Shown here: positions 8,957 to 17,490 of the stretch, in pieces
Layout: every line of letters starts with the position of its first letter
Position numbering within the stretch: the stretch's first letter is position 1
DNA from: a virus
Lineage: Duplodnaviria; Caudoviricetes
Reading direction: 5' to 3' (one strand)
IMG/VR virus record: IMGVR_UViG_3300009790_000010
Location: 1 to 61,201 of that record
Length of the DNA stretch: 61,201 nt
Made by a program: the position numbers and the translations under genes
The notes under the pieces: model-generated
Told to the model about the DNA's origin: nothing
The model's input: the letters and a program-made list of their open reading frames with translations, nothing else
Databases searched by the model: none

Positions 8957-10522
8957 ATGGCAATTCAAACAATCCCAGGTTTAACTGGCTTTACTTATGC
9001 ACGTGTGGCGTCTATGGATGCACGAGCTGTAGGTAAGCTGACTGATGCAAACCACTTAGAGTCTTTTCACTCTACAGAGCCTGCAGACTATGATAAGAAA
9101 ATTATTAGTCTGTACACTCAATCTTCATTGTATAGCAATGACTTCCTAGACATGATTAATAAGAGTACGCCATATTTCATCGACACAAACAGTGATGCTT
9201 GGAAATGGAATATTGCAGTACCATACAAATTCCCTAAAATTGTTGACATTCCAAAATCTACCCAAGATGTAATCGATGGTGGTGGTAAAGTTGGTATTGA
9301 TGGTCAAGAGTTTGAACTTATCTTAAGTTCTAACGAGTTCTCTAAGAACGCTATCATTTCAGTTGGAACACGTCAGTATGGACCACGTTTCTACGTAATT
9401 AAAGATCCACAACCATGGAACATGGGATGGATTTATAAATTTACGTTAGTAAGTGATAACCCAATTGTAGACTTCGTTAATCCTACATTCTTAGTACAAG
9501 GAATTGAACTAGAATTAGTTGACGCTGCTATTGGTGAATTTGATCAAGACTTATTAGGTCTTCCTAAATTAGGTGAAGAAATCACTATGTTTGAATCATT
9601 AGGTTCTGCATATGGATATGAGCACAAAATTACGGAATGGGCTGATGACAAAATGTTACGTGATGCTTCTGGTAAGCCACTAGATATCTTAGTATATGCT
9701 CCACAAAGACGTAATCAACTTCCTTTAAGAAGAGAAGACGTTAAGTGGGAACCATTTATTGAGTTCTGGATGCGTAAATCTATGTTAGAACTAAAAGTTA
9801 AAAGAATGATCTGGGCTTCTCCAGGTACTGTTAAAACTAATGGTTCTCAACAAAACTTAAAAAGAACTTCTGCTGGTGTATACCACAGAATGAGAAACAA
9901 CGGAAACTTAGTACAGTATAACAGAGGTGAATTCTCTGCTAACTTAATACGTGCGGTTTTCGGTGATCTATTCTATCGTAGAGTCGATGTTAAAGATCGT
10001 AGAGTTAAGATGTATACTAATGAGGCTGGATTCGATGTATTCCAACAAGCTCTTAAAGATGATGCACTTAATTCAGGTCTTACTTTCGTTGCAGATTCTG
10101 GAAACAGATATCTACAAGGTGAAGGACAAAACATCACTTATAACTTTGCTTTCGATGCAATGGTTACGAGAGAAACAGGTCGTGTTGAATTAATTCACTT
10201 AAAAGAACTTGATTTACCACAAACTAATTTAGAATTTGGACAAAACATGAAGTCTACACCTGTATTTATGGTGTTTGATGTTTCTCCATTATCTGATGGT
10301 GCAATGGTAAACAACATCCGTGAAGTTCGTATGAAGGGTGCTCCTTCTATGACTTGGGGTTATATTGATGGAACTCGTTCTCACTTAGGCTTTGCGAAGT
10401 CTCAGGGAATGCAGTCTGCTAATAAATTCCCAGGATACGAAATCTGGATGAAAGATCGTTGTGATGTATTCATCGAGGATTTATCAAGAACTGTACTTAT
10501 TGAGGAAATACCACAGTTCTAA
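8957..10522 (+). CDS. Major capsid protein (crAss-like)
   Basis: 521 aa, strongly biased codon usage (TTC, AAC, CGT, GCT), position after the putative scaffold. Confidence 0.88.
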   Translation: MAIQTIPGLTGFTYARVASMDARAVGKLTDANHLESFHSTEPADYDKKIISLYTQSSLYSNDFLDMINKSTPYFIDTNSDAWKWNIAVPYKFPKIVDIPKSTQDVIDGGGKVGIDGQEFELILSSNEFSKNAIISVGTRQYGPRFYVIKDPQPWNMGWIYKFTLVSDNPIVDFVNPTFLVQGIELELVDAAIGEFDQDLLGLPKLGEEITMFESLGSAYGYEHKITEWADDKMLRDASGKPLDILVYAPQRRNQLPLRREDVKWEPFIEFWMRKSMLELKVKRMIWASPGTVKTNGSQQNLKRTSAGVYHRMRNNGNLVQYNRGEFSANLIRAVFGDLFYRRVDVKDRRVKMYTNEAGFDVFQQALKDDALNSGLTFVADSGNRYLQGEGQNITYNFAFDAMVTRETGRVELIHLKELDLPQTNLEFGQNMKSTPVFMVFDVSPLSDGAMVNNIREVRMKGAPSMTWGYIDGTRSHLGFAKSQGMQSANKFPGYEIWMKDRCDVFIEDLSRTVLIEEIPQF

Positions 10523-10526
10523 AAAA

Positions 10527-10660
10527 AGAAGAATCAGGTGATTCAATTCACCTTTCTCAGAGAAGTGTCCCCTCACCCACACTGTCCCTCCTCAGAGGGG
10601 ACCACTTTCTCTACCCAGAGTGACGATTAAGTTCTACCCATTCAATTGGATCACTCTACT
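10527..10660 (+). other. Three tandem stem-loops after the capsid gene (structured RNA element)
   Basis: AGGTGA/TCACCT; GAGAAGTG-TCCCCTC/GAGGGGA-CCACTTTCTC; AGAGTGA/TCACTCT; no U-tract. Confidence 0.55.
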
Positions 10661-10698
10661 AAAATTATAAACCAAAGAATAATTAATTAAACTACATT

Positions 10699-11667
10699 AT
10701 GGGTAAATTAGGAAAAATCTCTACGATTAAAAAAGAGTATAATAGCAGCCAATTGCAGACCTTACAAAGTGGTCTATCAAAACAAGGTATGACAAGAATT
10801 CCTGGAACAGGAGTTTTTAAATATCCTTACAAAGAGTTAGATGGTAAATACAGAACAGGTTTAGATCCTGAAGCTGGTTACATTAAAAGAATTCAAGATC
10901 CACTTGAAAAAGAGTTAGAGATCGAAAGAGTTACAGCACTGAAAGATAAACTTCAAAATGCTTTAGGTGATATAGACTTAGGACCAAGATCAAAGTTTTG
11001 GAACTATGGATTATCTACAGGAACTCAAGACAACTTACATGTAAAAGCTGTTAAACTCTTAGATGGTGATAACTTATATGATTTAGGTGTCCCTATTCAA
11101 GAGCTTTCTTTTGCCTGGTTAAGAGTGCATCCAACAATTGCATCTTCATACCAAGCATGGGAAAGAGGTGATTTTCCAGCAGATACACAATTTTATGTTG
11201 TAAATGATGAGATTGAAAGTCAAATAGTTTATAAGAAGAAACAACAAATCAATAAAGCTATCATTAAATTTGATGGTATGAGTATGGAGAAGAAGAGAAA
11301 AGTTGCAAGACTTCTCGGATTACCAGTAACAAATGAATCTAAAGAGGAAGTTGTTTATAACTTAGTTGATAACATGTTAAAACAATCTGAAGTTAAGAGT
11401 GGAACCTTTAAAGGATTAAATCCTGTAGAAGTTTTCAGTAGATTTGCTGATATGAAAGATAATTTACTCCATATTAAAGATTTAGTTAAACAAGCAATAC
11501 AACATTCTATCTATAGAGTTAAGCCAAGTGGCAAGATATATGAAGGAGACTATGAGGTAGCGATGGATGAAGACGAGTTAGTTAAGTATCTAGTTGATGA
11601 AGATCATCAAGATGACCTAATAGTACTCGAAAAGAAATTGAAATCTAAGAAACTAGCTGCGGTATAA
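10699..11667 (+). CDS. crAss-like protein following the capsid gene, function unknown
   Basis: 322-aa ORF in the head module; position. Confidence 0.7.
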   Translation: MGKLGKISTIKKEYNSSQLQTLQSGLSKQGMTRIPGTGVFKYPYKELDGKYRTGLDPEAGYIKRIQDPLEKELEIERVTALKDKLQNALGDIDLGPRSKFWNYGLSTGTQDNLHVKAVKLLDGDNLYDLGVPIQELSFAWLRVHPTIASSYQAWERGDFPADTQFYVVNDEIESQIVYKKKQQINKAIIKFDGMSMEKKRKVARLLGLPVTNESKEEVVYNLVDNMLKQSEVKSGTFKGLNPVEVFSRFADMKDNLLHIKDLVKQAIQHSIYRVKPSGKIYEGDYEVAMDEDELVKYLVDEDHQDDLIVLEKKLKSKKLAAV

Positions 11668-11680
11668 GTAGCTAGTTTTT
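11650..11680 (+). terminator. Terminator-like hairpin overlapping the stop codon
   Basis: AAACTAGCTGC-GGTATAA-GTAGCTAGTTT followed by TT. Confidence 0.5.
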
Positions 11681-11696
11681 ATAAAACTAGTTAAAT

Positions 11697-12428
11697 ATGA
11701 TACCAGTCGATAGTTTATTATACAAGATTGACCAAAAACTAAATAAACTATCAACTAATGAGCATCAACAAATTGCACTAGAAGACAAAATCTTGAGTTT
11801 GAATGAGGCTCAGATTAAGTTGATAAAACAAAAAGTTGATGGTTTTCCTATCCCTAATAAGTTAGGGTTTGATGCCTTTAAAAAAAGGTATGAAGATTTA
11901 CAGAATCTAGTTGTAGATTTTACCAACCAGCCACTATCTTTAGTGGAAACAAATAAAGAATTACATCAGTGGGATGCTGACCTTACACAGCTCAAACCTA
12001 AATACATGTTTTATGTAGATAGTTATGTGTTAGCTAATAAAGGAAGATGCAAAGACCGTAAGATTTGGATTAATAAAGATCTAAGTAAACATGGAGATAT
12101 ATCTCTATTACTTAATAACGATCATTATAAACCAAGCTTTGAGTATCAAGAAACAATGAATGCATTGTCTTCTAACAATATAAGTATCTATACGGACGGT
12201 ACATTTACCCCCACAATGATATACATAATGTACATGAGATATCCTGTCTATATAAACAAAGCAGGTTACATCATGTTAGATGGTACGCCATCAACAAATG
12301 TTAATTGTGAACTAGAAGAATATCTAGAGGACGAAATTGTAGATTTAACAGTTCAGAATCTAGCTATGTACACAGAGAATGCTGCTGCTGTACAAAGTGC
12401 ACAATTCAGAATTCAAACAAATGAATAA
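11697..12428 (+). CDS. Putative tail ring/head-tail adaptor protein
   Basis: Pattern LNEAQ...YMRYP...CEL...EIVDLTV is typical of crAss-like ring proteins. Confidence 0.65.
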   Translation: MIPVDSLLYKIDQKLNKLSTNEHQQIALEDKILSLNEAQIKLIKQKVDGFPIPNKLGFDAFKKRYEDLQNLVVDFTNQPLSLVETNKELHQWDADLTQLKPKYMFYVDSYVLANKGRCKDRKIWINKDLSKHGDISLLLNNDHYKPSFEYQETMNALSSNNISIYTDGTFTPTMIYIMYMRYPVYINKAGYIMLDGTPSTNVNCELEEYLEDEIVDLTVQNLAMYTENAAAVQSAQFRIQTNE

Positions 12429-12458
12429 TATTAATATAACCCTTAAATACAATAAATT

Positions 12459-13610
12459 ATGAGTACATTCGCGTTAACCACATTATTCGTGGTGCCAGTA
12501 GGGCAGACATCTGTTCCTAACTCTGGTTCGACTCAAGACCTAACTGCGGGTCAAGTAGGATTTTTTAAGAGTGACTATACTGCTGCAACTGCTGCAAATA
12601 TAGCTGCTGCTCCCTATTGGTACGTAGCCCAAGGTAGAGAAAACACCTACTTACAAGGATCTAAAAGATCTGACAAAATTAAAGGTTGCCCAGGAGCAGG
12701 ATCTTCTGTGACAACTTGCAACTCTAACGTAACTGAGTGGTATAAAGCCTCCGGTTGTGCACAAGCTGCTAATCAAATTACTGACATCACAGACTTCAAA
12801 GTAACTTGTGGTGAAATACTAACTGTAACACTTAGAGCATTTTCTTCTTACATTAATACATTATACTTTAACGGATTTACACGTTCGGTAACAGTACAAG
12901 CACCTTGTTGTGATTGTGGTGGTGACCCATGTGTTGAAGTTGATGTTAATGCATTAATCGATTCACTTATCGTTGCTTTCAACAAGAAAGCTCCTGGTAA
13001 TAACCCAGACAATGTTTCTTTCGATAGTTTCTTTACTTTCGAAAATGTTGGTGGAACAATCTTAAGAATTCATGGTAAGCCATTAACTAAATATGGTCAA
13101 CCTTGTGATGTTGCTGCATTCCCATTTGAATATGACAGAATGTACTTCAATTCTTTTGTATACGAAGGACCAGCTACAACTGCTGACTTTATTGTTGCTG
13201 ACGCTTGTAATATCGTTGCTACATCTTCTGTAATCCAAAATTCTAGCTACCCTTCAGGACTCGCTGCTGAGTGGAAGCAAGCAGAAATCAATTACTATAG
13301 CTACCAAGCTGGGTACTTGAAGTCTCTATATAGAATGGGAGGATACAATGAGAACTTTGAGTCTTATGTATCTGATGGAGTTGTTTATGATAGCTATTAC
13401 ATTCGCTTCAATGAGTTTGACAAAGCTGCATACCAATGGGGTGACTACATACATATGGATAACATAGTTATGATAGCTGTACCTAATGCTGACACTGATG
13501 GTGGAAGTGGTATTGCTGCTGATGTAGAAGCTATTCTAGTCGCTGGATTAGGAACGGTGGTTGATAATAATACTTGTATAACTACAACTACTACTACAAC
13601 TGCTCCGTAA
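12459..13610 (+). CDS. Putative auxiliary capsid/structural protein ending in poly-Thr
   Basis: 383 aa, beta-rich, high-expression codon bias, crAss-like position; ends CITTTTTTTAP. Confidence 0.6.
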   Translation: MSTFALTTLFVVPVGQTSVPNSGSTQDLTAGQVGFFKSDYTAATAANIAAAPYWYVAQGRENTYLQGSKRSDKIKGCPGAGSSVTTCNSNVTEWYKASGCAQAANQITDITDFKVTCGEILTVTLRAFSSYINTLYFNGFTRSVTVQAPCCDCGGDPCVEVDVNALIDSLIVAFNKKAPGNNPDNVSFDSFFTFENVGGTILRIHGKPLTKYGQPCDVAAFPFEYDRMYFNSFVYEGPATTADFIVADACNIVATSSVIQNSSYPSGLAAEWKQAEINYYSYQAGYLKSLYRMGGYNENFESYVSDGVVYDSYYIRFNEFDKAAYQWGDYIHMDNIVMIAVPNADTDGGSGIAADVEAILVAGLGTVVDNNTCITTTTTTTAP

Positions 13611-13642
13611 TAAGAGAGTTACATAAAACAATACTAACCTAT

Positions 13643-13692
13643 AATACCAGAGGTGAGAGGATTAAACGCTCAATCCTCTGGTATTTTTTTTT
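13643..13692 (+). terminator. Intrinsic terminator
   Basis: AATACCAGAGG...CCTCTGGTATT stem running into a 9-T run. Confidence 0.8.
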
Positions 13693-13703
13693 AATCAATC
13701 CTT

Positions 13704-14270
13704 ATGGCAGTCAATTTACAGTTAGATATTATTGTTCCTCCTAGTTACAGTGTAAAGTTACTTGCAGTTACTGATGCGTCAGTCTATCCAGATGACCCAC
13801 CATTAGTTTCATCTCCTACAATTGAGATAGAGATACCTAGCTTTGGGACACAAATCTTACCCTTTAAACCCTTAGAGACAAACATCTTTGCATCCGATAC
13901 TTTAGGAATTACTGAAGCTGGATGTAAACAAGATATTCCAGATGGTATATACTATCTGAAATACTCTGTAGCCCCTGCATATAAGAATTATGTAGAAAAA
14001 ACTATAATGCGTGTTGATAAACTTCAGGAGAAGTTTGACAATGCGTTTTTAAAGTTAAATATGATGGAATGTGATAGTGCTCTAAGAGAACAATCAAACG
14101 TTACATTAAATACTATTAACTTCTTTATTCAAGGATCATTAGCAGCAGCTAATAATTGTGCGGAAAAAGAAGCACTAAAACTATACAATCAAGCTGATAA
14201 TATGCTTGATACATTTATAAAATCAAATTGTGGTTGTACAGGAAACAACTACAAAGTAAACTTTAGATAA
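13704..14270 (+). CDS. Putative virion structural protein (vertex or fibre attachment)
   Basis: Ig-like N-half (IPDGIYYLKYSV), helical Cys-containing C-half. Confidence 0.6.
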   Translation: MAVNLQLDIIVPPSYSVKLLAVTDASVYPDDPPLVSSPTIEIEIPSFGTQILPFKPLETNIFASDTLGITEAGCKQDIPDGIYYLKYSVAPAYKNYVEKTIMRVDKLQEKFDNAFLKLNMMECDSALREQSNVTLNTINFFIQGSLAAANNCAEKEALKLYNQADNMLDTFIKSNCGCTGNNYKVNFR

Positions 14271-14271
14271 T

Positions 14272-14382
14272 ATGGCACAGTGTGCATCGTGTGGAGCTAA
14301 GGTGGGATGTGGATGTAGATTAAAAGACGGTCTATGTGCTGCTTGTAGATCTAAACTAGAGAAAGAAAAAGGTAAAAAGTAA
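14272..14382 (+). CDS. 36-aa Cys-rich microprotein MAQCASCGAKVGCGCRLKDGLCAACRSKLEKEKGKK
   Basis: ATG 1 nt after the previous stop, TAA 5 nt before the next ATG; six Cys; absent from the ORF track. Confidence 0.75.
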   Translation: MAQCASCGAKVGCGCRLKDGLCAACRSKLEKEKGKK

Positions 14383-14387
14383 GATAA

Positions 14388-17300
14388 ATGATATCACCCA
14401 AACTAACCAATTGTAAGGAGTGTGCAAACATTCCTGATTTACTTAGGAAGATAGACTGCAAATTAGCAGAGCTTGGAAACAACTTATACAACAATGTTGT
14501 ATTTATGTTGAATAAGCCTATTGCTAATAGCGAGATATCTCAATTGTTAGTATATAAACGTGTTTTACAACACAGATTTTGTGATACTCATTATGCTGAA
14601 AGTTGTCCCACTGTAAGTACAGAGGATATTGCTAGCAAAGTTATTCGTCTTACAGCTGGTTGTGTACCATTCTGTAACGAACCAACTGTATGTGAAATAA
14701 CTACATGTGCTCTTAATCCATGTCCTAATCCTACAACTACTACTACTAGTACGTCAAGTTCAAGTACAACTACTACAACAACTTTAGCACCAACTACTAC
14801 AACAACTACAACTCTTAACTGTAACTTTAGTGGTTCTATTGATTGTAGCATCACTACAACAACTACCACCACTCCAGCACCTACAACAACTACCACAACA
14901 ACTTATTTCCCAGATCCATTTGGTGTACCATGTCTATGGTCTACTAACGGTGGTGATCCAGGACTAATTGGCGTATATGACTTTGAAACAAACACAGCTA
15001 CGGATGTATTAGTTCCTAATGACTTTAATGAGACATACGGTATTGAAAGACCTATATGTGCTACAGAAGATAAAGTTTGGTTAGCTAGTGTGGTTGATAT
15101 AGCACCTAATTCTCAGTCTAATGATAAGGTGTATATTAGAGAGTGGGATATAGATGCTACAGGTGTAGTCCCTGTATTGATTTATGTAAGAGAAATAACA
15201 GTGTACATGGATACATACCAAGGATATAATCTTGGAGGTACTTCTATATGGGCCATGACTGCAAAAGACAATGATACACTTATCGTTGGAACAGGTAATG
15301 AATATGGAGCACCAGCAGGTACTGGTGGAACTGGTCAATTCTATGGTATTAAGTTGGACATCTCAACTGCAGGAGATTTTACAATAGATGATATTCCTAC
15401 TGAGAATTCTGAATCTATAGGTACGACAACTAGTGGTACAGGTAAAATAAGTAATATTACTTATACAAACTCAGGACACTTTATATTATCATATAGATAT
15501 GATTTAAAACCTGATGGAGCTGGACAAGCTAGTAAAGTAGGTAATTGGATAAGAGTGTTCCCTACATATCCAGGTGATCCTAACTGGGTGCATGGTGAAG
15601 TTGTTATTCAACCAATTAAACTTCAACTTAATGGATATCCAGAATTTACAAATAATTATACAGGAGTAAAAGATGCACCTTTCTGGGGTGTGAATGGATT
15701 AGCACAAGTATTACACCCAGAAACTTTAGAGGTGTACACAATAGATCAATTACCTCCTTATAACTTAACATTGACAACTAGTGTAAATAGTTCTAATGAC
15801 TGGTTAAGTTCAGCTACACATTGTTCTAACGTTGAATTTGAAATATTAGATAATCCTGATTGTGGTCTTACATATTTCCCTCCTTTCTTCTTTGATGCAG
15901 AGGGTAATCCAGCTGATCCTAATTTTGGTGGTGTATATGATCCTACCCCTCAGGAATTCCAATATTTTGGAATGACATGTACAGCAACGATAGCAAATAA
16001 TGTTGATGCATTAAGATGGGTAGCCCAATCCACTGACCCTTACCCAGTACCTATAGGATGTAGTGGACTTGTACGACCACCATCTGTGGGTGTGCCTTTT
16101 ACACGTATAGTCCAAGGTAATGACTTTAGTATTACAATTGAGTTCCCTGAACCGATGAACGATGTTCCAATTAGAGCTTCTGTTCTAAATAGTAATGAAG
16201 ACGGTACAAGTGGAGATGTATATTATGTAGAAACTAATGGTGGAACTCCAACACTTTCTATAAATACAGGATGTTTCGTTCAAGTTAATGGTAATAGATT
16301 ATTCGGTGGAGTAGCAAATCCTCCATTTGAAACTGCATATAATAATGAAGGAGATGGAGAGTTTAAAGTTACTGCTCCTGCTAACTATACATCTATGACT
16401 ATATATGGGAATGCACCAACTGGTGGGAACCTGTTCTTAGGATGTCCTCCTCCTAATTGTAAGAACATGGTGTATATACAACAAGGAGCAACTTCTTGTT
16501 CTGATCCTGAAAGTGCAGGACGTTGTGTGAGTCCTCCTGATGTTCCAGTAGAGCAGCCTACTTGGACTCCAATTCTAGTTTGGAATAAAGATACAGGTGT
16601 ATGTACAGAAGTAGGACCTCCACCAGGTACAGCTTTCAGCTCAGGTGATGTTTCTATAGGAGATAATATAGTTGTAACATCATCTAATTTTAGCCTTACC
16701 CCCTCTACTAGAGATCAGTGCTTTGTTAAATACGACTGTACTGTTACAGACGGAGTTCCTTCAAATCTACAATGGGATGAGAAGAGGTACGTACTACCTC
16801 CTTTCTGGGATAATTTTAATAATGATACATTTATTCCAAACCTTGAAGTAATTAACGATAATCAAATAGGTGTAACAGTAAGTAAATTTAGCGTAGGAGC
16901 ACCATGTTGGTATGATGTAAGATTTTTAATCTGTACCTTCCCTGAAATCGGTGAGGAAATGATAGTGGAGGAGAAGTTCCAATTTGCATGTGCAAGTACA
17001 AACACTGGAGACATAGTAGTAACATATAAACCAGACGGTGTAACACTTAATAAATTAATAGCATTACAAGGTGTAGAGGTAGCTGTGGAGGATGGTGTTT
17101 TGGTAAATAAACTTGCAGTTACTCAATATGATATAGCAACAGGAGCTTTAGAGGTAGTTACTAAAGCAGAAGATTTTATAGATCCTAGTGGTATTGGTGC
17201 ATCTCTTGCCATAGTGGACGGAGAACTTTATGCAGGTTCGGCAGTTTGGGCTAAAATAGACTGGAACTATCCATATGCATGGACTCTACTTGCTAATAAT

Positions 17301-17489
17301 GAAAAACCATGTCCAGCTGGAGGAGCTGGTACAGTACCTGCTTGTAGAATAACTGATGGTTTTGTACCTAGTCCAGTAAGTACAACTACTACTACTACAG
17401 ATCCTAATACAACAACCACTACAACCACTACAGTTCCAGGAGTAAGAACAATATTTACTAAATTTAACCTTTTTAACCAATCAGTATAA
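14388..17489 (+). CDS. Thr-linker fibre/decoration protein with two probable beta-propeller modules
   Basis: Cys-rich helical N-domain, several poly-Thr runs, two mutually similar beta-rich repeats. Confidence 0.65.
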   Translation: MISPKLTNCKECANIPDLLRKIDCKLAELGNNLYNNVVFMLNKPIANSEISQLLVYKRVLQHRFCDTHYAESCPTVSTEDIASKVIRLTAGCVPFCNEPTVCEITTCALNPCPNPTTTTTSTSSSSTTTTTTLAPTTTTTTTLNCNFSGSIDCSITTTTTTTPAPTTTTTTTYFPDPFGVPCLWSTNGGDPGLIGVYDFETNTATDVLVPNDFNETYGIERPICATEDKVWLASVVDIAPNSQSNDKVYIREWDIDATGVVPVLIYVREITVYMDTYQGYNLGGTSIWAMTAKDNDTLIVGTGNEYGAPAGTGGTGQFYGIKLDISTAGDFTIDDIPTENSESIGTTTSGTGKISNITYTNSGHFILSYRYDLKPDGAGQASKVGNWIRVFPTYPGDPNWVHGEVVIQPIKLQLNGYPEFTNNYTGVKDAPFWGVNGLAQVLHPETLEVYTIDQLPPYNLTLTTSVNSSNDWLSSATHCSNVEFEILDNPDCGLTYFPPFFFDAEGNPADPNFGGVYDPTPQEFQYFGMTCTATIANNVDALRWVAQSTDPYPVPIGCSGLVRPPSVGVPFTRIVQGNDFSITIEFPEPMNDVPIRASVLNSNEDGTSGDVYYVETNGGTPTLSINTGCFVQVNGNRLFGGVANPPFETAYNNEGDGEFKVTAPANYTSMTIYGNAPTGGNLFLGCPPPNCKNMVYIQQGATSCSDPESAGRCVSPPDVPVEQPTWTPILVWNKDTGVCTEVGPPPGTAFSSGDVSIGDNIVVTSSNFSLTPSTRDQCFVKYDCTVTDGVPSNLQWDEKRYVLPPFWDNFNNDTFIPNLEVINDNQIGVTVSKFSVGAPCWYDVRFLICTFPEIGEEMIVEEKFQFACASTNTGDIVVTYKPDGVTLNKLIALQGVEVAVEDGVLVNKLAVTQYDIATGALEVVTKAEDFIDPSGIGASLAIVDGELYAGSAVWAKIDWNYPYAWTLLANNEKPCPAGGAGTVPACRITDGFVPSPVSTTTTTTDPNTTTTTTTTVPGVRTIFTKFNLFNQSV

Positions 17490-17490
17490 G

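Noticed and set aside
2884-10522. Introns or inteins in terminase, portal or capsid genes
   Set aside because: Frames are continuous with ordinary lengths; no splice-junction or homing endonuclease motifs seen
7636-10697. AACTACAT just before the starts at 7644 and 10699
   Set aside because: Only two short AT-rich copies; compatible with ordinary Bacteroidetes leaders
10523-10698. tRNA in the post-capsid gap
   Set aside because: No cloverleaf, TTCRA T-loop in the right context or acceptor stem
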